From Flaccisagitta enflata (taxonomy: Eukaryota), in the NCBI GenBank assembly GCA_965153355.1, contig OZ231126.1, forward strand, positions 41,416,001 to 41,480,000: a DNA stretch of 64,000 nt. The letters are read 5' to 3'. The notes under the pieces are model-generated. The model saw nothing but the letters and a program-made list of their open reading frames with translations. It was not told the DNA's origin and made no database searches. Below, piece by piece: positions 36,500 through 52,034 of the stretch. Positions within the stretch are counted from its first letter, which is position 1. Each line of letters starts with the position of its first letter. The position numbers and the translations under genes are program-made.

Positions 36500-37239
36500 G
36501 TACTCAGGCCTTGTTTCCTTTGTGTTTCACACGATACTGCCTTAGCCCTCAAACTACGTGACTGGGGGGTTATGCCAATTGTTTCTTGTAAATAGAGGAA
36601 AGAAAAAAACAAAGAGAAAACCTATTTCTCCTTTTGGGTGCCACACGATTTCAGCGTATGAAAATGAGCTTTGAGCCTGCAAAACAATAGCGAGACCAAA
36701 AGGCTTTTTGGTGAGTTCATGGCTCTCTTTTGGATAGATGCGTACTCAGAAAATGGTTAGACCGTCGGGTAGGCTGATACACTTTTTATTTTTTGTAAGG
36801 ACGTCATTTTTTTTCTGAAGCCTTCAAAAGAGATAGAGATAAATTCTGCATTTTGCATTTTATCCATTTCCCGTGTTATTTGATGGGAATTTGAGGCTTG
36901 AGGGGGGATGAACGGAGGGACGGACGGACATATGGAAATTCACCCCTGTGTCCTACAGGACATTGGCCCTTTTGGGTCGCTGCCCAAAAAGGCAAGAAAA
37001 CATCAATTTTCAGGTCATTGTATTACTTACAGAAAAAAAATGAGTCAACTGTACCAAGATACAGTCAAAGACAGCTGAAAAAAATATCAAAACCCCTTGT
37101 CATATAAAATAGTTTTACCAAAAAATTTGGAGCTAAATTAAATTAGAAATATGCAAGATATCATTTGATGAAGCTATTTTCTACTATTGGTTGATATGAT
37201 TAGAAGTTTTTTTTGTAAAACCTTTATGGGAATAACATA

Positions 37240-38005
37240 CCCTGTCTTCAAAAGCAACTGTAACCAGCCAAAGATGTATTATGCCATAACTATTCCCATC
37301 ACAAAATTCGGATTTTTTCTGTCTTAAAGCATATCAACTGCCATTTTTTTATGCAAAATTTCAGCACTTTTTGTCAAGTGGTTTAGCTTCTGCACCATTT
37401 TAAAGTAGAACATCACTCATGGCGATACAGCTTTCCATTTCAGACTTAGATGGGGGCGTTTGACTTCAAACCTGTGTAACTTTTAAACGCTTTGAGCTAA
37501 AACTTTGGGATTGGTCTCAAATTGAAGATTTTTTGAAGGAGACAATATCATGTTTCCAAAAAACCCACATTTTGATGTATTTGTTATGTTTTTATTAAGT
37601 TTTTCCCTGATTTTTCATATTTTAACAACATTTCATATTAGAAAAATTATCTTTTTTGATTGCAATATCTTATGATTATGCATGATATGAAAGAAAGTCA
37701 TATTGGTAATAAAGATGATTTAGTATGGAATCAATACAGACACCCAAAATCAATTTTTTAGCTTTTTGCACCAGGTTGAACAAATTAACTCTTTTTATTC
37801 TATATAAAAATTGCAATATTGTGAGTAAATTTGGGTATTTTTCAAAATCATGTAGAAGCTAAACCACTTGACAAAAAGTGCTGAAATTTTGCATGAAGAA
37901 ATGGCAGTTGATATGCTTTAAGTTAGAAAAAATCCGAATTTTATGATGGGAATAGTTATGGCATAATACATCTTTTGCTGGTTACAGTTGCTTTTGAAGA
38001 CAGGG
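37240..38005. mobile_element. MITE family CCCTGT-TTCAAAAGCAA (TA TSD), copy 2
   Basis: TA|CCCTGTCTTCAAAAGCAACTGTAACCAGC ... GCTGGTTACAGTTGCTTTTGAAGACAGGG|TA; 766 bp versus 763 bp for copy 1. Confidence 0.92.
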
Positions 38006-38409
38006 TACGTTGAAATTATCATTAACCTGAACTCCTATTTTGGACTTAAAAAAAGCAATTATGGACAAGTTCTGATCTCAGTTCGCCTAATTTTGTGAGT
38101 TTATAAACTAGGTTCTTATAAAAAATAAAAAGTGTAGTAGATTATTTCGTGTAAAACTTCTAGGTCAAGTCACGTAACAAAATGGTCTATGTCTATCATC
38201 ATCAAAAGCCAAAAAGAATGCCAGCTAAGGAAAAAGATTAATGAAAAAATGAAAGACTAACCAACCAAGTGCACCTCCGACCGACCGACATGGTGTATGA
38301 TAGAGTCGCGTGCACACGACTATAAATATATTTGGTTTGATTACTTTCCTTCTTTCGCGTCGTGAAAAACGCATTCAAGCGCAGACAATCCCATTTCATC
38401 GGCTCAAAC

Positions 38410-38412
38410 ACT

Positions 38413-38473
<61 letters not shown>

Positions 38474-38519
38474 TTTCTTTCTCTTCATTCTATTTCTTCT
38501 TTCTTCTTTCTTTCTTTCT

Positions 38520-38551
<32 letters not shown>

Positions 38552-39110
38552 TTTTTGCCTTTGCTTCTTTTCCTTCTTTCTTTCTTTCTTTCTTTCCTGA
38601 CTTTCTTTGCTTGTTTGCTTGTTTGCTTGCTTGTTTGCTTGCTTGCTTGCTTGCTTTGCTTGCTTTCTTGCTTGTTTGTTTTCTTTCTTTCTTTCTTTCT
38701 CTTTTCTTCTTCTTGCTTGCTTGCTCTCGCTTGCCATCTTTCTTTCTTTCTTCCTTCCTCCTCTTTTTTCTTTCTTTCTTTCTTTCTTTCTTTCTATTTT
38801 TTTCATTCTGTCTTTCTTTCTTTTTCCCTTTCCTTTCTTTCTTTCTTTCTTCTTCTTCTTTCTTTCTTCCTTTCTTTCTTTTCTTTCTTTCTTTCTTTCT
38901 TTTCTTTCTTCTTTCTTTCTTTCTTTTTTCTTTGCTTGCTTGCTTGCTAGCTAGCTAGCTAGCTAGCTAGCTTGCTTGCTTGCTTGCTTGCTTGCTTGCG
39001 TGCTTGCTTGCTTTCTTTCTTTCATACTTTTTTCCATTCTTTCTTTCCTTCTTCCCTTCTTTCTCTCCGACTTTCTTGCTTGTTTGCCTGCTTCCTTTTC
39101 TTTCTTTTTT
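38410..39110. repeat. Compound (CTTT)n/(GCTT)n/(GCTA)n tract
   Basis: Direct inspection. Confidence 0.95.
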
Positions 39111-39368
39111 CCATTCGTCTTTGCCGCGCCCCCAAAAAAAGGAATTACTGTGAGTCCACTTACCCTTTTCGATGCCGTCTCAAAGATGTTGATGTTCTTT
39201 TTCTTTTGTTTGTTGTTCTTGTTATTTCCGTTGTTGTTTTCCGTTTCTCCGTCGCCACAAAGCTCGTAGAAAGTAGAAAAATATTTTCCTTGAGGGACGT
39301 TTGCTGGGTGAAGAGACTTTATTTCCCAGTCTTTCTGCAGTTTTTTTTTCGTGAAAGAAAAAGAAATG

Positions 39369-39490
<122 letters not shown>

Positions 39491-39704
39491 CAGAGAGACA
39501 GGGAGAGATATGCTAGTATTCATCTTCAATTTCTCTGTTTTGTTTCAACACTAGCGTCTGCCTTGGCAGGTCCAGTAGTCCCTTTGCCTATCCTTCGTCG
39601 CTGCACACAAAGAGCAGACAATCATTCACAGAAATACAGGGAAAGTGACACCCTGTACATCCTGCCAAAAACAAATAAGTTAATAGCAAAAAAGAGAAAC
39701 AAAT

Positions 39705-39950
39705 AATAAGTCGATGGAGGGAGCAGGGAAGCGGTCCCGAAGGTGGAATTTGGCAGAATTTGGCAAATTTTAGAAGAATTTGGCAAAATTTGGCAGAATT
39801 GTGCAGAATTGTGCAGAATTCGGCGAAATTTAGCAGAATTTTCTTCTCCTCCTCCCGGAAGCCGGGCGGGGGAGGGACGTTAGAAAAGAAAGAGGAGAAG
39901 AAGAAAATCCACCATACGTGTGAAAGCACTTCGGGGCCGCTGCCCAAAAA
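39705..39950 (-). mobile_element. HINE-like element of a second family with internal 10-bp repeats
   Basis: Subterminal IR GGGAAGCGGTCCCGAAG (39726-39742) / CTTCGGGGCCGCTGCCC (39929-39945) followed by AAAAA. (GCAGAATTTG)n inside. Related ends at ~8635 and ~36990. Confidence 0.55.
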
Positions 39951-40010
39951 AGTGGGGAAATCAATGACAGCGGAATTCAAGCGCCTAAAGCAAGAAAGAT
40001 CGCAGGAATA

Positions 40011-40635
40011 CAGTGAGGCGCATAAATAAGTAGCCACTTTTGTAAAGACTATTTTGCTTATTCAAGAAATGATAGGATAAATTTATTGGTGATGATATGA
40101 AAGGATTTTCAATTTCCTTCAATTTGAGACCAATATCAAATTTGTGGCTCTTTTCGTTTCGAAGCGACATTAGTTTGAATAGAAGCATATCAAAACCATG
40201 TTGGGAAAAAGGGACAAAAGATTAGCTCCTTTTTGACAATCAGAAAACTGAGTTGTTTTCTTCAAAATGACGTCATTTGAAAACGAATCAAGCTACAAAT
40301 CTCTGATTGGACTAGATTTGCAGAGTTTTTGAAGCTCTTTAAAATGCTCATGGATTTGAAGTCTTTATTATGATTTGTTTTTGATCTATCAAAGAAAAAC
40401 TAAGTCCATTTTGTATTTTGCCTGTGGTTGTTCAGTGATAGATTCTTCCAAATTACTTCTCCTCTTTCAACCTGTATAAATTACTAGCAAATCAAGATAT
40501 AAGTCTGGGATTGGGCTAGATTTGTAGAACTTTTGAAGATCTTTAAGAATATCACAGATTTCAAGTATTTTTAAGTGCCAGAACTGACACAATTAGCCTT
40601 TGAAAGTACTGGCTACTTATTTATGCACCGCACTG
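40011..40635. mobile_element. Tc1-like MITE (TA TSD)
   Basis: TA|CAGTGAGGCGCATAAATAAGTAGCCA ... TGGCTACTTATTTATGCACCGCACTG|TA. Confidence 0.85.
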
Positions 40636-40880
40636 TATTTGAGAAAATATGGCCGGATTTTGAAACTGCGCAGTGCTCAGTCACCTCAGTCACATGACGT
40701 TAAGGGTGATATTCTTTCAAAGGTGCCAAAAGAAATATTCCGGGTACAAACATACTTGTTCAAGACTGATTACCGATATGTCATGCGATATGAGTCGATT
40801 TTCTTCGTTTGGCGTCAGTTTTGGTTGACGCCACATCCGGTTGTCACTCTGACGCCAACCACGATTACGCTGCATGGTTT

Positions 40881-40929
<49 letters not shown>

Positions 40930-41604
40930 CACATCAGGGTGGGGGTGGCGAAGTCATTCTTATTTCACGAACTAATTCCATGACCTGCCGATAAGTTCCT
41001 GATAGGGCCACCACCCCTCTCCTATCATCATCTATAGGATTCAATGGGAGCTTATGAGAGGAAATTTATGTTACAAGGCGTTTTGTCATTATAAAATGGG
41101 GGGTGGCGGCGCTATCAGGGACTTGACAGATGGTAATGAGACTTGGCAAATCCTATCATCATCATAGATGCAATGGGGGCAGTTTGTAGAATAAGATAAG
41201 TTTCTGACACCAATGACCTCCAAACCCCCGCCCTGACCCATATGCAGGGAGATATAGTACATTAAAAGAGTCAGACAGAAAGAGACAGACAGACAGCCAA
41301 ACAGACAGACAAAACGGAGTAAAGCAGAAAGAAAGTGAGAAAGAGAGGGATTCAACGATGTGAAAGAATGAGAAAGTTTGGATTGAATTCAGCGTCGTGT
41401 ACCATGCAATAATAGAAAGTGTTTTATGGGCATGAATGTGATCTGGAATTGAAGCAAGGTAGAAGTTTATGGCGTTGAAAGAAAAAGGATAAGGAACAAA
41501 TCCAAGACGAATAAAACGGCGGAGAATAAACGATGTACGATGGCGTCTTGATTTTGCTTGCGAAAGAAAGAAAAAAAGGAAAAAGAAAGTAAGAAAGAAA
41601 GAAA

Positions 41605-41710
<106 letters not shown>

Positions 41711-41779
41711 AAAAAAGAAAGAAAGAGAGAAAGAAAAAAAGAAAGAAAGAGAGAAAGAAAGAGAGAAAGAAAGAAAGAA

Positions 41780-41886
<107 letters not shown>

Positions 41887-42208
41887 AAAAAGAAGTTAGA
41901 AAGAAAGAAAGAAAGAAAGAGAAAGAATAAAAGATAAACGAAAAAAATGAATGAAATGGAGGAGGAAGAAAAGGAGGAAAGCAGGAAAAAGAGAAAGACA
42001 GGAAGTGATTGAAAATTGACGATGCGTGAAAACCGTTAAAACCTTGGACTGCATTCCGCGTCGTCGATAACGTAAGAGAGTTCTGATAACTCGCGTCAAA
42101 GAATGGGGCTGAACTTGATGGTTTATGAATAAATGATACTGGCAAACAAACCTAGTCGTAGAGTTAGGGACTCCTATCCGGGTTTTGACTGGCAATTGAA
42201 ACTGGACC

Positions 42209-42404
42209 AGTCGCGCTGCTCCCCACTGTCTGTCCGTCGGTTGATAGGTTGGTTATTTGGTCACGTTTTACTTTTTTTACTTTTTATTTTTTTGCGGTCT
42301 TTGGCCTCACTGCTTCTGGCCAAATGCTCGGGTGACCTCAAATATGATCCCTGCCCACCCGCACGCGACTTGGGGAATAGGATAGCCGTGTATGCGGCCT
42401 TGTT
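42209..42404 (+). mobile_element. HINE-like short element
   Basis: AGTCGCG head (partly deleted), CTGCCCACCCGCACGCGACT, GCCGTGTATGCGGCCTTGTT end. Confidence 0.75.
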
Positions 42405-42645
42405 AGTCTATACCCTGCTTTAGCTGTCCGTCCGTCCGTCACACAAATAAACGATCATAACTGATAAGGCAGTGGTTTTGATATGGATTTGTTGGAAATC
42501 GAATGCAAAACGATTTCTACATTTTCAGTAGATCGTTTTCAAAAATGTTTGATAAAAAAAAGCCAGTTGAATAGAATCTTGCTAAAACAATAGAGGTATT
42601 AAGTTCATGTCGATGTCCACTATTCAAGCAGCAGCACCCAGCGGG

Positions 42646-42935
<290 letters not shown>

Positions 42936-43789
42936 ACTTAATCTCACTTGTCTTCAACATGTTTTGTACAAAAACGATTTTTTTCTCCTATTTAAAAGTG
43001 AAGTTCAAGAGTCTCTGCGATATCTCCAGAGAGTTGTTGATATGGCAGGTTTACATGGAAGTCGTCTGCTCTTGACAGCTCATCTTTCTTTATTCTTTTC
43101 CTTCTTTTTTTATTTCATCATAAACTTTTCACTTTGGCTTTCGTCCAATGTACACTCTACTGCATAAATGAGTATTCAAGTGGAAGTTAAAAATGAGGAA
43201 ACAGAATGGCAAATGCGAAGGAACAAGCTATCGCATCAGAAAGAGATCGTTTCACTGCAAGAGGTTAGGATTGGGGTGTTACCCTAAAATCTTGTCCCAA
43301 AATCGAATGACTGTCAAATCAAAACGAGGATATGTAGCTTCATGCAGATTTTTCCACCAGTTAGAGCTTGAAAAAATCTTAATTTTGTCTGGATTGCTTC
43401 ATACAAAATCGAATAAGATCAAAAACATCGCCCATGCAAATCATTGCAAAATTACCAGAAAAACCCAATCAACTTCAGATACCTACCAAATCCATATAAA
43501 GATAGATACTCAGATACGGATTTTACAGCTAACAGTTCTTCAATATGCCCATGGTAGACTTAGACTCGAAAGTTTTCCTAGGTCAGTCAGTAGCTCAATC
43601 TTTTGCATGGACCTGCTCAGCGCTTTCAATAATGCACGTTTCAAATTTCAAGGTTCTGGCTCAAATACTTTAGAAGTTATGAGCATTTGTTTGAACCATA
43701 TCAAACTGAAAAAGTTCCAGGAGAATTTTTAAACTTTCTTTGAAAATATGGCCGGCAGTGAATTTCAGAGTCCAAGTTTCTTGAAAAAA

Positions 43790-44160
43790 AAGTAAAGTTA
43801 CAGGATTTTGGATCTAGGCAAATTAAACAATTGCACCCTACTTTTAAAAACCATTTTTCAAAAAAATATTTTGTGATTTTTTTTTCTAAGTCCCCAACGT
43901 GCGGAACAAAAATTTTCTAAGTTTTTTGAAAAAAAAAATGAAAATACAAGATTTTGGATCTAGGCAAATCAGAAAATTTCCTATCGATTGCACCCCACTT
44001 TTAAAAACCATTTTTCAAAAAAATATTTTGTGATTTTTTTTTTAAAGTCTTCAACGCATGACACAAAAATTTTCAAAGTTTTTTTGAAAAAAGTGAAAAT
44101 GCAAGATTTTGGATCTAGGCGAATCAAACAATTTCCTATCAATTGCACCCCACTTTTTTT
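43790..44160. repeat. Direct repeat of ~150 bp, about 2.5 copies, inside a probable TE remnant
   Basis: GATTTTGGATCTAGGC recurs at ~43804, ~43951 and ~44105 with shared downstream sequence. Confidence 0.75.
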
Positions 44161-45473
44161 TCAGAAAAAAATCCTCATTAAGGGCTTTTTTTGGGGCCCT
44201 TAGGGGCCCCTGAGACGTTCAAAATTTTGGTTAATGAGATCAACAGAGTTATGTGCTTACACCAAGGTATCTTTCAGGACCAAATTAAGGCTGATTAATT
44301 AGACCTCAAGCTCATGCCGTTAATCCCTCTGGCCCGGCCGCATTTAAAAGAGAAATCGGAAAATTCACCAGGACTCAGATTCCGGATGTAAGGTCAATCT
44401 CTACCCATGGATTTTGGGGGGTCCACATGAAAAACTGTGCATTCTAACATCCAATAGAACTAATTGTGAGGGTACATACCAAATTTTAGCGTACTGGGTC
44501 ATCTAGAAGTATAGTTTATGTGCAATTATGTTTTTAAGATATTTAATGGACACCCTGTTACGAGGAAATACTCATCTGACATCCAATATTGATGATAAGC
44601 AAAACAAAAAACCTTTTGCATATTGACACACCCGAATGGTACAGTGGTATATGGTATAGTTACACAGCTTGATAGTTGAGAAATTCGAGACAGGAAAAAC
44701 AGACGTCTAGTTTTTCATCGGAATAAGGATAGAGAACAAAAGTAACCTTACAAATAAATGATGTTCAGAATCAAGGATGTGAGGCGTGCATCATTGTGAA
44801 AATGATGAGGTAAGTAAGGAAATAGATGAGTTAGAGGAGGTTGAAGCCGAAGAAAAGGTAAAGCCGCAAAGGAAGAGGCGTGTCCCGCTGGAGGATGACC
44901 GAATTACGGTAGTACACATTTCCTTTTTTCGTTCATCGCCGTCGCTGACGCCGACTACCACGGAAACGACGCCGCTCCTTTACGGCTTTAAAAACGAGGC
45001 CATCAAGGCCAGCGCCTGCGAGGCTTACGGATGCATCTTCACTTTATCAAGGCCAACAACACTAGCAAGCGGCGGAACAGATGCATTCAAACTTTAAAGA
45101 GGCCAACTTGGCAGGAGAGGCTATGAGATACCTAGCCAACGCTGTACTGTGCAGTTTCACCCCGCTATAACGGATATCGCGGGACTATCAAATTGTTATA
45201 TGTTATTGCCAATGTGAGGAAAAAAAGACATGAAAGAACCAACATTTCACGCGTGTGTCGATGTCGATGTCTAATTATCATTAGAAAGCACGCAAAGCGC
45301 TGTGAGTGTGTTGACACGATGCAGCAGATTCATTCATTCTTAATAGTCGAGATGCGAGGCCGTACTTGGAAAACAGCCCTAACCCTTTAATGTCCTCGAA
45401 TCCATTTATGATGGATTTTCCTTTCTCTTATTCCTATGAGCGTGGAAAAAAATCTCGTGTTGAGAAAAAGAGG

Positions 45474-45685
<212 letters not shown>

Positions 45686-46258
45686 AAACGAACAGAAGGG
45701 AGAGGGGCTGGCTGGACAGCAGAACGATAGCCGTCTAGAGTCAATCTAGACAGATGGATGTTCGGATGCATCATTAACTGGAAAAGCAAAAACAATGGAC
45801 TTAAAGGGACATAATGGCATCAACTGTCTCATACACATTCAAAAAAAAAGTCGAAATGTTGAAATCAAGCTAATGTACAATTCAAAAGTCGATAACCCAA
45901 AACTCAGTCTCTTGATCTCTGTGTCTATCTCTGTGTCTATCTCAGTGTCTGTCTCAGTATCTGTCTGTGTCCCTGTGACCCTGTCTCTGTGCCGATTTGT
46001 CTCTGTAAAACGTGTTTACACTTGCACTTACGCTTTATCGCGCGCTGGAAAATGGTTTCCGCTGTTTTTTACGACCAGGAAATTGAATTTAATGCGAATT
46101 CCTTTCATCAAACAAGAGATGTCGTTATCACAAAACTTGGCTCGGCTTTTATTTGCATCGATGGGGCTTTCAAACCGAATCACATTATTCACAATTCACC
46201 TGAACCAAAGCACTCTTGTCCCGGCCTAAGAAATGCTGCCCGAAACGTGTTAGATTTT

Positions 46259-46476
46259 CCTACTCGCTTGCTATGCGACTCTTTACCCCTTAATGTCGGC
46301 TCATCCGTTTGTCTGTCCATCTGTCCGTTTATCTGTCCATCAATTGTCAGCGACATTTTTTTTCATCTTTTTGGGCAATACTTTCTCTGCCCAAACGCCC
46401 CCAGTCAGTGACTTTCCCAATGACTGCTCCTGCCTACACGCACGCGATTTGGGTGGCCATGTATCCGGCCTTGTTT
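46259..46476 (+). mobile_element. HINE-like short element (diverged)
   Basis: TCGCTTGCTATGCGACT head, GCACGCGAT subTIR, GGCCATGTATCCGGCCTTGTT end. Confidence 0.7.
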
Positions 46477-47093
46477 TGTAAACTCGCGGGATCAATCCCC
46501 TAAGGCTAAGATCAGAAACGAATCGTAAAAGTTGAGACTTTTTATTTGAGAGCGCCTAAATTTCTTGAATATAAAGAAAAAATGCTTGACTTGACACAGT
46601 CTGCATTCCAAATCACGCCACTGGCAGATTTTGATTCAGTATATCTTACACATTTTACACTATAACACAGGCGTTTTAGCCTTAATAACATGGATAATGT
46701 TCCACTCACTCAAACCCATGTAGATCTTGCATCAATCGATTTGATACAATCTACGGGTTTTGCTTTGGTAGATTTGAGACTCTCTTGTAAATATTCGCAA
46801 GTCTTAACACGATTCTGTCACAAAACTAAAAAAAACTCTCAACCCCCTAAAAACCCTTAACCACCAAACCCCTCAAACCCCCCAAAACCCTAGAGGCAAG
46901 AGGAGTCTCGTCTCCCATTTCATTCATCACTCAATTTACACGGAATATTCCCAGTTGAATACTTGAAAGCGTGGTGCTCACCTGGTTGAGTCTGTAAAAA
47001 AGGCGTCCTTTTTTCCCGAGGTGACAATTTATTTTTCCACGGAAAAAGAATATTTTTTATCACCTCGGCAATTGAGTGAATTGTGAGTCGGTC

Positions 47094-47107
47094 GTTGCCA
47101 AGGAAAC
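47094..47107. promoter_or_regulatory. RFX X-box-like site
   Basis: GTTGCCAAGGAAAC in a CpG-containing unique segment; on the - strand it is followed ~110 nt later by a splice donor CAG|gtgagc (46981). Confidence 0.45.
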
Positions 47108-47755
47108 GGTCTCCTTAAATGCGCCTGGAATAACCAAAAAGAATTACGACGATGATAAGAACGACACTAGGAAACGGTGACAAGGACGACGACGACTTTG
47201 AGAGCGACGGGGAAAAACGGTGAATACGAAGTTGTCGAAGAAATGCAAGTAGATGCGTTCGACTTTTAGTGGGTGAAGGTACAATACAGTACGTTAAGTG
47301 CAGTGGGCCAGTACAAAAAGGGTTTCCTGTAGTTTCACTGTCGGAATGAAGAATTTCATGCTTTAGTTTTCTGAAAACCAATGGTCCAAGGCTTAAAGTG
47401 AACATGAATATTACAGAATTAAAACAAAACTCTCATTACACTGGCAGGATAGCTCCACAATTTGAGTAATAAAACTACATACAATCAAAGCACTAACTAA
47501 TAAACTTTAAAAAAAGATCATGGTTGGAGCTACTTTATCATGATGTCGAGGCAGGAAACAACTCTCTTTCTAAGGGCCTCTCCGCTCGCAACGTACTATA
47601 TATGACGGCGTACTCCCGAAGGCAACATTTGTGTTTCAACGGGAGCCAAAATTAGAAATTAAAAATGATTGAAACTGAATGATTTAACTGAAATAATCAA
47701 CTTGCATTTAATCATGAAAAAGCACTAAATATAGCTAGAATTATAAAAAAGATAT

Positions 47756-47917
47756 AATGCGGACATGCAACTCTATAAGAGGCTTTGTCTGTCCATCCGT
47801 CTGTCGGTCCGTCCGTTGGTCCGTCCGTCCGTAACCATGGAGTCGAAAAGTGGGAAAACGCACATATCCACCCCTGCCCACCCGTACGCAACTGATGGCC
47901 GTGTATCCGGCCTTGTT
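47756..47917 (+). mobile_element. HINE-like short element (AGTTGCGGAC subfamily)
   Basis: Near-identical to 17646-17804. Confidence 0.85.
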
Positions 47918-48207
47918 GATAACTGATAGGAAGCCCGTTGAGATTCTATGATTGCATAGAAAATAAAAAAATGAAAAAATAATGAACAAAGTTCCCTTCA
48001 CTTTGAGACCAAGACCTGAAATGAACACCCAATTGCTAGTAAAGCATATAAAAATGTGCAAAAAATATTTTCTAAAAATTTTTGTCAATAAAAACAAGAA
48101 ATAAAGACTTCCATTTTTGTGGCGCCAAGGCCCATAAGCAATTCTAATACCTAATCCTGATCAGGGTGATTTGAGAGTCTTAGAATTTCAAAGGCAACAA
48201 CAAACTA

Positions 48208-48414
48208 AACAAGGCCGGATATGCGGCCATCAGTTGCGGACGGGTGGGCAGGGGCGGAAATGCAACTGTCCGCAACTAAAAATGTTCTAAAATGCTCATT
48301 TCCTCACTTTTCGACTCGTGTCCATGGACCGACCGACTGACCGACTGACCAACCGACCGACCAACCGACCAACGGACAAAGCCTCTTATAGAGTTGCGTG
48401 TCCGCAACTAAAAA
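48208..48414 (-). mobile_element. HINE-like short element (AGTTGCGGAC subfamily)
   Basis: AACAAGGCCGGATATGCGGCC, AGTTGCGGAC, (GACC)n tract, AGTTGCGTGTCCGCAACTAAAAA. Confidence 0.85.
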
Positions 48415-49513
48415 TGTTTGCAAAATTTTTTAAAAAACCTTGATTTTCTTGCTTTTCTCATGTGAATTGCATTGTTAAAATTACTTGGGAGGTCAGAATT
48501 TGATAAGAATATATACACCAAGTGTATTTAAGACCAATTTGTCTTTTAAAGGCATTCTTGCACCATTACTTTCCAGAAAATAATGCAAAAAGTATGGTGA
48601 AACACTTAATTTTCCTTCCAAAATATACCGTCATATACAATGGTTAATGTATGAAAAACCAACTTTTTCGTGAAGATGAGGTGTTCTGCTTGTTTCTAGT
48701 TTTCTCAATTTCATTCTTTGTCATTTTTTCCCTTGAGAGCCCAGGTCATGTAGTCTTGTGTACATCAAAATGTTCTTAATGGCCGATCAATACCTCAAAA
48801 CTAAATAGACCTCCCATTTTTCCGGTTCTCTATGAATTCCGAACCTCTTTCATCTTTCTTAACGGTCGCTTTTTGATCGAAACGATTTTCTCCCCAGGTC
48901 GTTTACCATAGTTTCCATTCGAAAATACTACCTCCTCTGTCTGTTTCTCAATAGTGTCTCAAAAGTGACTTCTTCATAGAGTTTATTACTTTTGAGATAT
49001 CAGCTTTATACTATGTTTTCTAAGGAAGACAAGGCGAACCTTTGATGGGAACAAGTTAAGTCGACCAAAGTCGCGTGCCTTAGATATTTCAATGACAGCA
49101 ACAATGACAAATGGCAAACCTTTCAGTAAAGCTGATTTCTTTGAGTTTCTTATTGACGCTACTAACAAGTGGCCACCCTGATGACAGAAGAAAAACCAAA
49201 ACAAAACAAAAAAGCAGTAAAAAAAAAAACAACCGGAAAGCTATGTTTGCTTTAACCAACAGACCAACTACGTTGTCGAGTTGTCGCGCAGTATGCCACT
49301 AAGAATTCAGTACCACGTGGAAAAGAACTTCCGGTGGTATAATAAACGAAGTCAGAAAGAAGATCTAGAGCGGAAATGGCGACGATAATACATCTCTCTG
49401 TGTCTCTGTCTCTGTCACTGTCTGTCTTTTTTCTTTCTATCTTTCTCTTTTGGCTGTCTTTGACGCTTTGGCTGTAGAGAGTTCACACACACACGCACGC
49501 ACGCACGCACTCA

Positions 49514-49712
<199 letters not shown>

Positions 49713-49827
49713 AGGCACACACGCACGCACGCGCGTACGCACGAACGCACGCACGCACACACACGCACGCTTGTACGCACGCATGCACACATGCACACAC
49801 ACACGCACGCACAAACACACACACACA

Positions 49828-49922
<95 letters not shown>

Positions 49923-50493
49923 TGGGGGAAACCATTTTAGGCCGAATTGCCGACTAGAGTTAGAACTGAAACCACTATAGTTAGATTCGGACTTGAATGG
50001 AAAGAAATTGGACATACCTCATTGGAAAAAAGTCGAATTACATAATTCGACTTTTTGAAACGTAGGGGAGAAATCGGGTTTTCCATTTTCGATTTGGGGA
50101 ACTTTAGGAAGTTGAGCCATTTCCTGCCTGGGATGATACATTTTTTGATATTCATAGCTAAGAAAGAGCTTATTTTTCTCTTTCAAATGGCGCCAACCAG
50201 AAGTCTCTACGATCATTAGTTTTGGCGCTATTAATTTTTCAAGTTTTTTTTATTTTTAGCATTTTTGCGAAAATCAAGGTTTTTCATTGATCCTATTTAT
50301 CGGCCCCTATGTAACAATACAGAAAAGTCAGGATGTTACACAAATTGACCCTGAGTTTTATGACGCTAGCTTTTGCATTTTATTCTGCCTGAGAGAGAGA
50401 AAGAGAGAGAGAGAAAGAAAATAGAAAGGGAAAAAGAAAAAGAAAGACAGAGAGAGACATACACTCCCCCGACACACACATATATACACACAT

Positions 50494-50564
<71 letters not shown>

Positions 50565-50619
50565 GAGAAAAGGGGGGAGAGAGGGCGAGAGGGGGTGGGA
50601 GGGAGGGAGGGAGAGAGAA

Positions 50620-50842
<223 letters not shown>

Positions 50843-51388
50843 GAGAGAGACACACACACACAAGCACACACGCACACACTCAAAGACAAAGGAAGACCAA
50901 AAAAGAGACGCAGAGAGACAGATTGAATGACAAAAACAGGAGGCAGTCGACCAGACATCAAGAGATGCACACAGAAGAGGATGCAATGAAAAAAAAACTC
51001 CCATTTACGACTTTTTTCCAGCCGGCGAGAGCCGCCTTTATTGGTATTCATTTCTAACTAGAGTGGTCTTTAATTCTACTCACTTATGGGAATTCTAAAA
51101 GTCTGGCTTATTTTGTCTCTTAAAAAGAATGTTTTATCATTTTTTTCTCTAATTCTGAATTTATTTTCACTGTTCAGCTTTACTTTTTTTCAAACCATTT
51201 CTTTACCCATTTTAAATAAAGAAATATTGAAATTCGATTTTGATCATGTATACAAATTCAGATATTTATCATTTCAAATATTCACATAATAAACAGTTAA
51301 AGATTTTTTTCTTTTATTCAGATACAGAGCTACCTTTTTTATGTCAACCCGGTATCAGAATAAAACATAAAATAATCTAGAAAGGAAA

Positions 51389-51569
51389 AACAAGGCTAGA
51401 TACACGCCCCAGTCGCATGCGGGTGGGCAGGGGCTATGTTTGAGGTCACTTCATCATTTGGGCAAAGACCGCAAAAACCTCAAAATAGTAAAGTGTGATG
51501 GACCGATGGACCAATGGACCAACGGACCGACAAAGCGGGGTGTAGAGTCGCATAGCACGCAACTAAAAA
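51389..51569 (-). mobile_element. HINE-like short element
   Basis: Relative of 7977-8169 with the same termini. Confidence 0.8.
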
Positions 51570-51920
51570 TCCTAATTTATCATTTACTGTATGAATATTT
51601 TCAGAATTAAAAAAAGCAATTGCTTTGAAAAACAAAAAAATATTATTTTATGGAAATTATTTAAAGATCTACAATTATATATCACATTAAAAGACAACAT
51701 AGAAATAAATGCTAATTGATGCATATTGTATCTAAAGAATAAATTCTTTTTGAAGTTTATGGAAAAACCTCTCTAGTTAAAAAGAGCAGTCAGGTTTAAA
51801 AACCACTCAAGTCCAATTCTGCCTTGAGTGGTTAGGGAGCTCACGGCCCTCATTTTCAAATGAGGATTTGGCCTTGAGTGCCCTACTCATACACTGTCTG
51901 TCATTGGCTTCCTTTCTATG

Positions 51921-52034
<114 letters not shown>

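Noticed and set aside
43193-43732. 179-aa ORF
   Set aside because: No recognisable motif; lies in TE-remnant-like AT-rich sequence.
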